NCBI GenBank assembly: GCA_963667035.1
Contig: OY762964.1
Coordinates: forward strand, 768,001-832,000
Length of the DNA: 64,000 nucleotides
Source: Candidatus Cloacimonadales bacterium
GTDB lineage: Bacteria > Cloacimonadota > Cloacimonadia > Cloacimonadales > JAFGVF01
Direction: 5' to 3'
This document shows, in pieces, positions 49,607 to 60,122 of this stretch (position 1 is the stretch's first letter; every line of letters starts with the position of its first letter). Both the position numbers and the translations under genes were made by a program. The notes under the pieces are model-generated. The model searched no databases and had not been told where the DNA came from. It saw nothing but the letters and a program-made list of their open reading frames with translations.

Positions 49607-50824
49607 CTACTTTTGAAGTAGTTTTGCTACTTTTGGAGCTCTCAATCTGTGCGAAACCTGATAACCTGAGCCAAGAAGAGGACGTGCATAGAACTTGAAA
49701 GCGTCTGTAACACCATTACCTTCCTCATTGATAAATTCATCAGGCATGTGACGTGTTTTTCCAGCAATATCTTCAAGAGGTACAAGATCATAGTCTACAG
49801 AATAGAAACCGGTTCGTTTAATTCTGATAGATCCGTCTCTATTATGCCATAAAGCATATTGTACTGCTCTTTCTCCTACTTCCCTTGCTTCATGTTGGTC
49901 AACATCTGAAACACAACCCATGAAAGAGCGTTGCAGATAACCGAATGTATCTGATCTTACACGTTTAATGGGAAGGTTCTCACGAATTAAATCGGAAAGC
50001 TTATCTCCAAGCATACCTGTTCCTGATAATTGGATGTTACCATGAGCATCTTTTTCGGTTTCTCCAACCAGTTTTGTAATAATAGGTACACCATTTTCAT
50101 CTGAGATACCTTCTGATACGGCAATTACACAACGACCGTATCTATCCCAGCATTTCTTTACGTCAGCTAAGAATTTATCTCTATGGAAAGGTCTTTCCGG
50201 AACGTAAATAAGATGCGGTCCATCGTCGGAATACTTTTGGGCTAAAGAGGCGGCTGCAGTTAAGAATCCTGCATGTCTACCCATAACTACACCAATATAA
50301 ACTCCGGGAAGGGCTCTGTTATCAAGATTAACACCTGTAAAAGCTGATGCAACATAGCGAGCTGCAGAACCATAACCCGGTGTATGATCATTTAAAACCA
50401 AGTCGTTATCAATAGTCTTTGGAATATGGATAGCTCTGAACTCATATTCAGCTATCTCAGCTTCCTGATTAACTATTCTAACCGTATCTGAAGAATCATT
50501 CCCACCTATGTAAAAGAAATAACGAATGTCATGAGCTTTCAACACTTTGAATATCTCTCTACAATATGCCTCATCAGGTTTATCTCGAGTTGTTCCTAAA
50601 GCAGAAGATGGAGTCATAGCCACTTGTTCCAGACTATGAGTGGTCTCTTGTGTCAAGTCTATGAAATCTTCATTTATAATACCATGAACACCATTCAAAG
50701 CACCATATACTCTAGTAACTTGCGGGAACTTACGAGCTTCAAGTACTACTCCTACCATAGATTGATTAATAACGGCAGTCGGTCCTCCTCCCTGAGCGAC
50801 CAGTACTTTACCTTCCAGTTTCAT
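49607..50824 (-). CDS. 6-phosphofructokinase (PfkA/Pfp family)
   Basis: QGGGPTAVINQS, IGGNDS, PKTIDNDL, MGRHAGFL, VSEG, GYLQRS. Confidence 0.93.
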   Translation of the reverse strand: MKLEGKVLVAQGGGPTAVINQSMVGVVLEARKFPQVTRVYGALNGVHGIINEDFIDLTQETTHSLEQVAMTPSSALGTTRDKPDEAYCREIFKVLKAHDIRYFFYIGGNDSSDTVRIVNQEAEIAEYEFRAIHIPKTIDNDLVLNDHTPGYGSAARYVASAFTGVNLDNRALPGVYIGVVMGRHAGFLTAAASLAQKYSDDGPHLIYVPERPFHRDKFLADVKKCWDRYGRCVIAVSEGISDENGVPIITKLVGETEKDAHGNIQLSGTGMLGDKLSDLIRENLPIKRVRSDTFGYLQRSFMGCVSDVDQHEAREVGERAVQYALWHNRDGSIRIKRTGFYSVDYDLVPLEDIAGKTRHMPDEFINEEGNGVTDAFKFYARPLLGSGYQVSHRLRAPKVAKLLQK

Positions 50825-50826
50825 TA

Positions 50827-51744
50827 TTATTCCTCCAATTTATCATCTTTATCTCTATTTCTTGGATGTGTCTGTTTATAAACAGATTTAATTTCGTTTA
50901 AAGTAACATGTGTGTAGATTTCAGTGGATGTCAAGAAGGAATGTCCTAACATCTCTTGAATAGCTCTTAAATCAGCTCCATTCTTAAGGAGATGGGTAGC
51001 AAATGTGTGTCTGATAGTATGAGCTGAATATCCTTTCTTTTGTGCAATGAGACTTATGTATCTATCTAAGATGATTCCCAGTTGCTCACTATCAAATGCT
51101 TTACCACTCTTTGTAAGAAAAAATATGTCACCACTAAATTCACTCACAAACTTATCTCTAATCTGATAATATTCTCTTAATGCAGATAGAGCTTTTTCTC
51201 CAACAGGAACAATTCTCTCTTTATTGCCTTTCCCTAAGACTTTTACCCTTCTATGTCTGAAATTCATTCTTTGCAGTGTCAGGCTTGCGACTTCTCCTAA
51301 ACGTAAACCGGAAGAGTATATCAGCTCAAGTATAGCCCGATCTCTGATACCGAATTTTGATGTTAAATCAGGAATTCTAAGTAATTGCTCCATTTCTTCT
51401 TCACTAAAAAAGGTTGGCAGTTTCTTCTCAAACTTGGGACTGTTCATACCTTCAATAGGATTCTCTGAGATTATTCCTTTTACTTTACAGTATTTGAAAA
51501 ACTTCTTTAATGCCGATAGTTTTCTAGCTAAGGAGCGATTATCAACTCCATTTTCGCTTAATTTTCTAAGGTGATCTCTAACGTAAATCTTTTTAACACT
51601 GCTTAAAACTACTCTCTCATTCGGGAAGTAGTTAACTATATGGTTATAAAACTGTTTCAAATCCATCTGATAAGATGTGATTGTGTGTTGTGACCTTCCT
51701 TCCAGTCTTAGGTATTTTAAAAAGTCTCTTATAATATCTTGCAT
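50827..51744 (-). CDS. xerC: Tyrosine recombinase XerC/XerD family
   Basis: RDRAILELIYSSGLR, GKGNKERIVP, HTIRHTFATHLL..GADLRAIQEMLGH, TEIYTHV. Confidence 0.85.
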   Translation of the reverse strand: MQDIIRDFLKYLRLEGRSQHTITSYQMDLKQFYNHIVNYFPNERVVLSSVKKIYVRDHLRKLSENGVDNRSLARKLSALKKFFKYCKVKGIISENPIEGMNSPKFEKKLPTFFSEEEMEQLLRIPDLTSKFGIRDRAILELIYSSGLRLGEVASLTLQRMNFRHRRVKVLGKGNKERIVPVGEKALSALREYYQIRDKFVSEFSGDIFFLTKSGKAFDSEQLGIILDRYISLIAQKKGYSAHTIRHTFATHLLKNGADLRAIQEMLGHSFLTSTEIYTHVTLNEIKSVYKQTHPRNRDKDDKLEE

Positions 51745-52058
51745 GGATAAAACATCTTACCTCAACAGCAATTGTCAATCTTATATTTGATTACATGATA
51801 ATGATAGCATTCACTGCTAATGTTACTTAGCAATAGATGATAATTCTTACAACAGAGAAATAACAAGTTTGAAATTCGTTGATGTAACTTAATATAACAA
51901 TTGTCATTGTATATTATGAGTATTAAAGTGAATTGAGTTGACGAAATTCGATTACATCAAATTAATGGATAAAAGAGTGTCAAATTTTGTGAATTATGAA
52001 GTAAAAACAGATTTTTATACAATTGTTTGCCATTCATGACAAAGTAATGAGGTTTATA

Positions 52059-52280
52059 ATGCACGGAAAAGTGAAATGGTTTAATAAGAATAAAGGTTAT
52101 GGATTTGTTCAAACAGATGATAATAAAGAGTACTTTGTACACTGGAAATCAATTGTAACCCCCAATCCTTTAGACCTTAAAGTATTAGAACAGGATGAGC
52201 CTGTAGAATTTGACCTGATGCCAACAGACAAAGGCACTCAGGCAGTTAACGTGATTAGAAAGGATGTCAGTAATTATTAG
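52059..52280 (+). CDS. Cold-shock protein
   Basis: MHGKVKWFN..KGYGFV...YFVHW; SD gagg before ATG 52059. Confidence 0.93.
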   Translation: MHGKVKWFNKNKGYGFVQTDDNKEYFVHWKSIVTPNPLDLKVLEQDEPVEFDLMPTDKGTQAVNVIRKDVSNY

Positions 52281-52301
52281 ATTACTGAGAATAAACAATT
52301 T

Positions 52302-52333
52302 TGAGGTAAAAGTCTAGCTTTTACCTCTTTTTT
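52302..52333 (+). terminator. Intrinsic terminator
   Basis: gaggtaaaag-tctag-cttttacctc-tttttt. Confidence 0.8.
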
Positions 52334-52338
52334 CTACT

Positions 52339-54126
52339 ATGAATATTCCTTTTTTACCAATAAACAAAAGCGAGATGAAGAAGCTTGGATGGAGTCAATG
52401 CGACATCATCATCATAAGTGGCGATGCCTACATTGATCATCCCAGCTTTGCCGCAGCTATTCTTGGCAGATATTTACTTTCAAAAGGTTATAGAGTAGGT
52501 ATCATTCCTCAACCAGATTGGAAGAATCCCGATGCATTCAAGGTTTTAGGCAAACCGGAAATCTGTTTCGGTATAAGTGCCGGAAACATGGATTCAATGA
52601 TTAATCATTATACGGCTCAGAAGCGTAAACGTTCTGAAGATGCTTATTCTCCTGATGGAAAGACCGGGTTGAGACCTGACAGAGCAACAATAGTTTATAC
52701 TTCAGCATTAAAAGCAATTTATAAGGATGTACCTGTTGTAATCGGAGGGATTGAAGCTTCTTTACGAAGAATAGCTCATTACGATTATTGGTCGGATAAA
52801 ATAAGAAACTCAATCCTGTTTGATTCCAAAGCGGATATTTTAGTATACGGGATGGGTGAGAGACCTTTTCTGGAAATAGTTAACTCATTTGCTTCAGGAG
52901 TAGGAGTTGGCAATTTAAACATCAGAGGGACTGTAACAGTATCAGATTCATGTGATCCTGATAATCTGCTACCTGATTATGAAAAATGTAAGTCTCCTGA
53001 TGTGTTCTTAGAAATGCATCGTGTATTCGAAGATAAATACAGAACCAAATCCGTTTATCAGAAGTTTGGGAACAGATATTTAAAGCATAATCCACCTGCA
53101 AAGCCATTATCTAAATCAGAAATGGATGATTTATACAATTTGCCGTTTAGTCGCAAACCTCATCCGGTTTATGGAAAGGCAAGCTTCAAAGCTTTTGACC
53201 AGATAAAAGAATCGATAACTTCACACCGTGGTTGTTTTGGAGGTTGTAGTTTCTGTGCTATAGGAGCTCATCAAGGTAAGACTATCAGTTCACGCTCGAT
53301 TGATTCAGTCGTTAAAGAAGTACAAGAGATTACGGAACAATCATATTTTCATGGCACAATCTCTGACGTCGGTGGTCCTTCGGCTAATATGTATGATATG
53401 AGCTGTAGATTAGGAATAAGTCAAACCTGCAAACGGTTATCATGTCTTTATCCGGATATTTGCTCTAATCTCAATTATAGTCATAAACCTAATATTGAGT
53501 TACTCAAGGCAGTGAATAGTGTTCCCAAAGTGAAACATGTATTTGTCGCTTCCGGAATAAGATTCGATTTAGCTACGATGGACAGGAAATACACGAGGCT
53601 AATTGCTGAGAAGCATATTGGCGGTCATCTTAAACTTGCTCCGGAGCATGCTGTTGACAGTGTACTTCAAGTTATGCAGAAACCATCTTCCGAATCATAT
53701 CTCTATTTCTGTGACAAGTTTGAGCAGATTTCAAAAGAGTGTGGAAAGAAACAAATAGTGATACCTTACTTAATAGTAGGGCATCCGGGAACAACAATAA
53801 AAGATGCTGTCAGTCTTGCTTTATTCTTGAAAGAGCATAACATTAGACCTGAGCAGATTCAAGAGTTCACACCAACTCCTATGTCTGTTTCAACAACAAT
53901 GTATTATACCGGCTTGAATTACTTTTCAGGAAGACCAATACACGTTCCCAAGGGGAGAGAGATAAGACTTCAAAAGGCTTTGGCTCAATGGTTTGTTCCT
54001 CAGAACAGAAAACTTGTTCAGGAAGCTTTAAGAATAGCAGGTTTGAGTAGATTGGAAAAGGAGTTTTACGGAGCAATAAACAATCACACAAACAATGCTC
54101 CAAAAAGGCGTAGAAGAGAAAGATAG
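52339..54126 (+). CDS. YgiQ family radical SAM protein
   Basis: GDAYIDHPSF, AGNMDSM, GGIEASLRR, HRGCFGGCSFC, DVGGPSANMY, SGIRFDL, LKLAPEH. Confidence 0.93.
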   Translation: MNIPFLPINKSEMKKLGWSQCDIIIISGDAYIDHPSFAAAILGRYLLSKGYRVGIIPQPDWKNPDAFKVLGKPEICFGISAGNMDSMINHYTAQKRKRSEDAYSPDGKTGLRPDRATIVYTSALKAIYKDVPVVIGGIEASLRRIAHYDYWSDKIRNSILFDSKADILVYGMGERPFLEIVNSFASGVGVGNLNIRGTVTVSDSCDPDNLLPDYEKCKSPDVFLEMHRVFEDKYRTKSVYQKFGNRYLKHNPPAKPLSKSEMDDLYNLPFSRKPHPVYGKASFKAFDQIKESITSHRGCFGGCSFCAIGAHQGKTISSRSIDSVVKEVQEITEQSYFHGTISDVGGPSANMYDMSCRLGISQTCKRLSCLYPDICSNLNYSHKPNIELLKAVNSVPKVKHVFVASGIRFDLATMDRKYTRLIAEKHIGGHLKLAPEHAVDSVLQVMQKPSSESYLYFCDKFEQISKECGKKQIVIPYLIVGHPGTTIKDAVSLALFLKEHNIRPEQIQEFTPTPMSVSTTMYYTGLNYFSGRPIHVPKGREIRLQKALAQWFVPQNRKLVQEALRIAGLSRLEKEFYGAINNHTNNAPKRRRRER

Positions 54127-54204
54127 CTCATCAATTAACAGAAAAAACTGTTTACAATCTAGTGTTTCCCTTTTTAAATGGCATAAAACTAGCGTGAGGA
54201 CTTA

Positions 54205-55704
54205 TTGTTAGATAATATCAGAAATACAGCTAAACATACAGCCGTTTATAGCATTGGTAATATAGCAATGAAGATTTTAGGATTCTTGCTTTTACCTCTT
54301 TACACGGATAAACTTCTCGTAAGTGAATTCGGTATTCTCGGATTACTGGAAGTGACTGCCATGTTTATGATAGCTGTATTGGGATTCAGAATCCCAACGG
54401 CAATGATGCGATGGTGTGCGAATGCTACAAACAAAGCTGAACAAAAGAGAGTAGTTTCAACATCAGTTTATTCTCTCTTAATTATCCTTGCAACATATCT
54501 TATTATAGCCTTCCCGCTACGCTTCACTATATCTAAACTACTGTTCCAAAGTACTAGTTATGCACCTTATCTGGCAATTCTATTCTTCTCGGTAGCAAGT
54601 GAGATTATCAATCAGATATCATTTGAGTTGATAAGATTTAAACAAAGGTCTTTTTTATATACATTTCTCATGCTTATAAGGTTCCTTACGGTTCTAGTAC
54701 TCAACATCTATTTCATAATATATAGAGGTATGGGAGTATATGGTATCATTACCGGAACATTAATTAGTAATCTCTTAATCACTGTTCTTACTATACCTTT
54801 CCTTCTTAAGAATATTGAGCTTAGCTTTGATAAGGTCATTTTTAAAGAGATGTTTACTTATAGCTATCCGCTGATTTTTACTCAAATCTCGACTATGCTA
54901 CTATCAATGTCCGACAGATATATTCTCAATCACTATCTTGATTTGGATCAAGTTGGTCTTTACACATTGGGTTATAAATTTGCTACCGTTTTAAATGTTT
55001 TCATTCTTACTTCATTCCAGATGGGTTTTTTACCTATTGCTTATAAGACTTATGATAAGCCGAATGCCGGCAGATTCTTCTCAAAGACATTAACATATCT
55101 TGTTTTCATAAGTATGATAGCTGCCTTAGGTTTATCATTTTTCTCAAGAGAAGTCATTCAGTTAATGGCAAAGAACAGCAATTATTGGGGTGCATATACA
55201 ATTATCCCACTCATAACGCTAGCTATCGTATTCAAAGGTGTTCAATGGATATTCTCTTTAGGTTTGCACTATGTAAAGAAGACGAAATATAATGCTTGGA
55301 TTGTTCTAAGCAGTGCCTTAGTGAATATAATCCTCAATTTCATTCTTATTCCGATATGGGGAATATATGGTGCGGCTATAACAACACTTATCTCAATGAT
55401 TCTAATGGCTATCCTGTTTTACAAACAAGCGGGTAGATTCTATAAAATCAAGTATGAACTTGGTAAGCTTACCATGCAGATTTTGCTTGGTATAGCTCTT
55501 TATGCACTTTCTTTAACATTCTATAATCTTTCGATGCTTCCTAATATTCTTCTAAAGCTAATATTGGTAGCGAGTTATCCTTTCATCCTTTATCTCTTTA
55601 AGTTTTATGAAGAGATTGAATTGGATAGAATGAAGGGTTTCTGGAAGAAATGGAAAAACCCTTTAACCTGGGCTTCCCACTTACCCGAACTGTTTAAAGA
55701 CTAA
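54205..55704 (+). CDS. Oligosaccharide/polysaccharide flippase (Wzx/MOP family)
   Basis: FLLLPLYT, YSYPL, SDRYIL, VGLY..GYK, NIILNFILIP.WGIYGAA. Confidence 0.9.
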   Translation: MLDNIRNTAKHTAVYSIGNIAMKILGFLLLPLYTDKLLVSEFGILGLLEVTAMFMIAVLGFRIPTAMMRWCANATNKAEQKRVVSTSVYSLLIILATYLIIAFPLRFTISKLLFQSTSYAPYLAILFFSVASEIINQISFELIRFKQRSFLYTFLMLIRFLTVLVLNIYFIIYRGMGVYGIITGTLISNLLITVLTIPFLLKNIELSFDKVIFKEMFTYSYPLIFTQISTMLLSMSDRYILNHYLDLDQVGLYTLGYKFATVLNVFILTSFQMGFLPIAYKTYDKPNAGRFFSKTLTYLVFISMIAALGLSFFSREVIQLMAKNSNYWGAYTIIPLITLAIVFKGVQWIFSLGLHYVKKTKYNAWIVLSSALVNIILNFILIPIWGIYGAAITTLISMILMAILFYKQAGRFYKIKYELGKLTMQILLGIALYALSLTFYNLSMLPNILLKLILVASYPFILYLFKFYEEIELDRMKGFWKKWKNPLTWASHLPELFKD

Positions 55705-56183
55705 TGAGAAGAAAGCCTAAAGGACATTTTTGCGAGATAAAGAAGTACAGGTTAATAACACCTTCAATTTGCAGTATCTGCGATAGAATCGGATTCTGTA
55801 AATCATTCCGTGAATACTATTATAAGAACAAAACGAAATACAGAAACTTCTGTTATGAACAAGTAGAAAAATTTCCTGATAAATACCAATTGGAGGTAGT
55901 TTTTATGGCTACAAAACAAACATTTGTTCAGATCGTGAACAAAAAAACCGGACAAATCGAAAAAATCATCAGTATGGATGATTTGAATTCAATGACACTT
56001 GAAGATAAGATTAGCATTGTAAGAGGTAAACAGTTATTCCAGATTGCTTATGAAATTGAACCTGTGATTAAGGTTGAAATGAAGAAGAAAACTGTTGTGG
56101 AAGCAATCTCTTACGAGCCTGAAGAGGTAGTGCCGGAACCTAAGAAAACAACAAAAACTCGTAAATCCACTCCTAAGAAGTAG
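55704..56183 (+). CDS. Hypothetical protein (Cys-rich N-terminus, Lys-rich tail); possible internal start at 55905
   Basis: Coupled to the flippase stop (TAATG); ggagg SD before in-frame ATG 55905. Confidence 0.6.
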   Translation: MRRKPKGHFCEIKKYRLITPSICSICDRIGFCKSFREYYYKNKTKYRNFCYEQVEKFPDKYQLEVVFMATKQTFVQIVNKKTGQIEKIISMDDLNSMTLEDKISIVRGKQLFQIAYEIEPVIKVEMKKKTVVEAISYEPEEVVPEPKKTTKTRKSTPKK

Positions 56184-57342
56184 GCTTGTTACATTTATTA
56201 ACAAGTCGCTTCTTTCGGTGCGACCAGAGTTCACGCTCTTTGTTGATTGCTATCGGCATCAGATTAAGGTAATCAATAGCTCTTTGAGTTATCTGTAATG
56301 CCTTTTCTATATCTTTAGCTTTATGCTCATAGTATTTTGCAAGCTCTTCCAATGCTTTAAAGTTGCTTGTAAGTATGGGTTTACTCCAGAGCTTGACTGC
56401 TTTGTCCCAGTGTCTCTGCTTTTTATAAAGGGAAGCAAGATGCAATAAAGCTTCGCAATCGGAGCAGTTCTCGTCGATGGTTTCTAATAGTTCGGTAGCT
56501 CTTTCATGCATACCGGCTGTTTCGTAGTATTTACTACTGGGGAGAATATGTTCTTCTGTATCTTTGACAAGGATGTTGCTTAAATAACTTAGAATAATTG
56601 GCATACTTAATATGTCAGTAGCATTGTGATCATGGATTTTTACTATATCCTCTGTGAATCCTGTCTCCAAATAATTGAAGTATGCCCAGGGAATTTTCCA
56701 ACCAGGTATCTCATCTTCCGGTAATCTGTTAAATCCCAATATCTCACTTTCAATTGTCTGTAACGAACAATTCATTAGTTTACCCTTCCAAAACCTTCGG
56801 ACAATATGCAGTAAATCTATTTGCTTGAAAGCTTTTACCATGTATCCGGATTGATAGTAATCATACCTTGACTGCAGTAGATTCATATCGTAGCTTTTTC
56901 CGTTATAACTGACGATTAAATCAAAGTTTCTTAAGAACTCCTTTATCTCTTCAAGTAATCTTACTTCCCCGTCAGGAGAGTTTAGAAACCATCTCCGTAT
57001 AACAAATTTACTATTCTCAAAAGCACCCAGACCTACAAGTATAGCATAAGACGCCCCTCCGGTATTCAAACCTGTTGATTCGGTATCCAGATATAGCACT
57101 TTATCAGATGGTATTGAAGTATCTATGTTCTCCTTTATTTTGATTACATCGGCAATTTCCGGTATTTCAAGCTGGGTGTTTCCCAATTTCACTCCCAAGT
57201 CATAAATAACTTCAGAGTAGTATAATGAATCGCTTATGAATCTACCGGGAATATAATTAGTTAAAGATTCTTCCGGTTTTCTGACAATCTTTTCGTCAGC
57301 TTTCTTATTCAGATTCTTGAGAATATTGTCTATACCACTCAT
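56173..57342 (-). CDS. YprB/MrfB-like RNase H-like exonuclease with TPR tail
   Basis: YLDTESTGL, VSYNGKSYD, IDLLH..RR, L.TIE..ILG..R, HN..DILS, ELAKYYEH. Confidence 0.9.
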   Translation of the reverse strand: MSGIDNILKNLNKKADEKIVRKPEESLTNYIPGRFISDSLYYSEVIYDLGVKLGNTQLEIPEIADVIKIKENIDTSIPSDKVLYLDTESTGLNTGGASYAILVGLGAFENSKFVIRRWFLNSPDGEVRLLEEIKEFLRNFDLIVSYNGKSYDMNLLQSRYDYYQSGYMVKAFKQIDLLHIVRRFWKGKLMNCSLQTIESEILGFNRLPEDEIPGWKIPWAYFNYLETGFTEDIVKIHDHNATDILSMPIILSYLSNILVKDTEEHILPSSKYYETAGMHERATELLETIDENCSDCEALLHLASLYKKQRHWDKAVKLWSKPILTSNFKALEELAKYYEHKAKDIEKALQITQRAIDYLNLMPIAINKERELWSHRKKRLVNKCNKPTS

Positions 57343-57343
57343 A

Positions 57344-59818
57344 CTATTTTACCAGCTCTTTCAGAATTCCCAGTACTATATCCTTTGAACCTTCTCCTTG
57401 CTCTGCAACAGGACCTACACACGCAGGGCAACCATCCGTACAAGTACATTTTTTTACATGGTTATATGCTTCTTTAAGCAACTGAGGATAGATTTCAAAC
57501 AATCTTTTACTGAGGCCTATCCCTCCATTGGCACTATCATGGAATACCAGTGCAAAGTCTTCTTGTGAAAGAGGATTGTTAGATTGGTAGTTCACTCTAA
57601 TGTCTTTGCTGTCACACATCAGATAAACAGGGGCTATATTCCTCATAAGATAGGACAATCCGGCCAGTCCGCTTTGAATAATCAATGCTCTCTCTGCATC
57701 TTTATGACATCCGGGACACAGGGTTGTGAGATTCTCAGGTTTATTAGCTTGTAATCTTGAAGGAAAGCTCTTGAAAGGTTTGATATGATGTATATCAAAT
57801 GCTTTACCAGATTCGACTAATCCACAAGCTTGGCAGGTAAACTTATCTCTTTCACGAATTATCTTCTTAAGATTTCCCCAGCCCGGTCCATAATCATTTT
57901 TATCATTATTCCATATCCCCAGATTCTTAAAATGCTCAATTGTTTCTTGTTTGAAGCCAAGCCAAAAACCGTCAGTAATAACAGTCATTGAAGGCATTTC
58001 CAAATCATGATAACTCAATATCTCGTTAGTATACCATTTCTGTCTTTTATAACCTGTTACAGTATCGGTAACCCTTATTTGTCCCGAATAAGCATTAAGC
58101 TCAACCGAGTCTTTTTCTTTATAAAGCTCCAATAGCTCGTATTCGGTTTTACTCATTACCTGAGTATAGTAGTCCGAACTAAACGGCTCTAATTTAGCTT
58201 CTTTTTTTTCAAAGTCCAGGTCATTCACAAAGTATGACTCTCCATTATGGATATAAACAGCTTCGGGGTGCACCATCCAATAAGCACTAGGCTCGTCCAC
58301 CAATCCAATAGTCTCACCTTGGGATTGAATTCTGAAGCTTCCGGTACCTGTACTTCTGAGCGAGAACGTATCAGCAGGAAACTCCTGTGCTTTCCAAAAG
58401 TATTTGTTACCTGAATTGAATATCTTACCGAGATTTTGTAGGTAGCTTAAGTATTTACTTAGGTCTTCATTATCGAGATTACCGAACTTCTCACCTTGAA
58501 TAAAAGGTTTTTCAAACAAAGCACATTGCAGATGAAACAGTAGTATATAGGGGTTATCAGGATTTATAAGCGGTTCTTCGGGATTTCTTTCAAGCAAAAA
58601 CTCGGGATGTTGAATAAAGTATTGATCCAATAATCCCGAACCGGCAACAAAGATTGTCATCGAATCGGTCGCAAGTCTACCGGCTCTACCGCTTTGTTGA
58701 GCCACTGAAGCTATACTTCCCGGATATCCGCTGATAATCACGTTATCCAGACCACCGATGTCTATACCTAATTCTAAGGCATTTGTTGCAACCACCATTT
58801 TTATCTCTTCATTTCTGAGTCGATTCTCGATTTCTCTTCTTTCAGCAGGTAAGTACCCTGCTCTGTAACCTAGAATTTCCGATCTATTATCTTCCCTGCT
58901 GAGATTTAAGTAGGAGATAAGTAACTCAACGGATCTCCTCGTGACGGTAAATACCAATGACTGTCCCGGGAAGTCATATAGGAAATTACCTATTCTTACC
59001 GTTTCCTCAATAATGTTTCTTCTGATTCCAAGCTCTTTGTTTATAATAGGTGGATTATAAAGAATGAAGTGTTTCTCTCCATGTGGTGAACCATCTTTTT
59101 CAACAATCTCAAACTCATCTTCAATCAGTTTGCTTATGAACGCATCAATACCTGAAAGTGTGGCAGATGTAATGATAAATTGAAGGTTACCGCCATAGTG
59201 CTTTACGATTCTTTTCAGTCGCCTTAACAGGTTAGCGATATGTGATCCGAATACTCCTCTGTAAATATGAACTTCGTCAATAACAACATACTTTAGTTTA
59301 GAAAAGAATCTGCTCCATTTTGTATGGTTAGGAAGGATACCAAGGTTTAGCATATCGGGATTAGACATGATAATTCCTGAAGATTCCCTCATCTTGTTTC
59401 TTTTCTCAGTAGGAGTGTCACCATCATAAACTCCCGGTTTCTCATCCAATCCCAAGTCAGTCATTAGCGAGGATAGCTTTGTGATCTGATCCTGCGCTAA
59501 AGCCTTCATGGGGAATAGGAGTAAGGAAGTGGAATCAAGTCCGTTTAGAATACTGTTTAAAATTGGTAATTGATAGCAAAGACTTTTTCCGCTTGCAACT
59601 CCCGTAGTAATAACCGTATTCTTTCCTTTAAGAATATGGTTAAGAGCTTCCGCTTGATGGGAATATAGATGCTTTATGTATCTTTTGTTTAGTAACTTAT
59701 GTAAATCCGAATGAATACTATTGGGTATATCCGCATAATCTGCAGATCTCATAGGGATATGCTTTTCTAGAACTATGTTTTTCCGGAAAGCCGGATTCTC
59801 TGTAAAGTATTCGTACAT
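57344..59818 (-). CDS. YprA/MrfA-like DEAH-box helicase (DUF1998) with inserted HNH domain
   Basis: LYSHQ, GVASGKS, DEVH, SAT, ATNALELGIDIG, Q.SGRAGR, C.C.DGCPAC; insert RDKFTCQACG..HHIKPF..NLTTLCPGCH. Confidence 0.92.
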   Translation of the reverse strand: MYEYFTENPAFRKNIVLEKHIPMRSADYADIPNSIHSDLHKLLNKRYIKHLYSHQAEALNHILKGKNTVITTGVASGKSLCYQLPILNSILNGLDSTSLLLFPMKALAQDQITKLSSLMTDLGLDEKPGVYDGDTPTEKRNKMRESSGIIMSNPDMLNLGILPNHTKWSRFFSKLKYVVIDEVHIYRGVFGSHIANLLRRLKRIVKHYGGNLQFIITSATLSGIDAFISKLIEDEFEIVEKDGSPHGEKHFILYNPPIINKELGIRRNIIEETVRIGNFLYDFPGQSLVFTVTRRSVELLISYLNLSREDNRSEILGYRAGYLPAERREIENRLRNEEIKMVVATNALELGIDIGGLDNVIISGYPGSIASVAQQSGRAGRLATDSMTIFVAGSGLLDQYFIQHPEFLLERNPEEPLINPDNPYILLFHLQCALFEKPFIQGEKFGNLDNEDLSKYLSYLQNLGKIFNSGNKYFWKAQEFPADTFSLRSTGTGSFRIQSQGETIGLVDEPSAYWMVHPEAVYIHNGESYFVNDLDFEKKEAKLEPFSSDYYTQVMSKTEYELLELYKEKDSVELNAYSGQIRVTDTVTGYKRQKWYTNEILSYHDLEMPSMTVITDGFWLGFKQETIEHFKNLGIWNNDKNDYGPGWGNLKKIIRERDKFTCQACGLVESGKAFDIHHIKPFKSFPSRLQANKPENLTTLCPGCHKDAERALIIQSGLAGLSYLMRNIAPVYLMCDSKDIRVNYQSNNPLSQEDFALVFHDSANGGIGLSKRLFEIYPQLLKEAYNHVKKCTCTDGCPACVGPVAEQGEGSKDIVLGILKELVK

Positions 59819-60012
59819 ATTTATTCCTGATAAGTATTACTTAATGCTTATATTGATTAATGGAATTGCTGTCAATTTAAATTACATATATACTCTCGGT
59901 TAGAATGAACAGATAAAACTAAATAATGTTACTTCATCAAGTGAAGGGTGTATTTTGAAAAGTCAGAATATTAAAAATCATTCCGTTTGTCCCAACAGTG
60001 CTTCTTCACAAT

Positions 60013-60122
60013 TCGCGGGACTCACACGGGAATCTCTCGGGACTCTCTCGGGAATCACTCGGGGCTTTTCCCGAGAAATTCCCGAGAGTGTCCCGAATAA
60101 GTCATGTCCAATTCCCGAGAGT
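60013..60122. repeat. 11-bp-period array: five tctcggga-like units followed by five inverted units
   Basis: tcgcgggactc acacgggaatc tctcgggactc tctcgggaatc actcggggctt | ttcccgagaaa ttcccgagagt gtcccgaataa gtcatgtccaa ttcccgagagt. Confidence 0.85.

Noticed and set aside
50827..51744. Integron or phage integrase
   Set aside because: Sequence fits housekeeping XerC/D, lacks an obvious IntI insertion, is coupled to pfk and has no cassettes or att sites nearby
51898..51925. dif-like site upstream of xerC (tgtata-ttatgagtatt)
   Set aside because: Only the spacer and ttatg match; left arm does not fit; likely AT-rich coincidence
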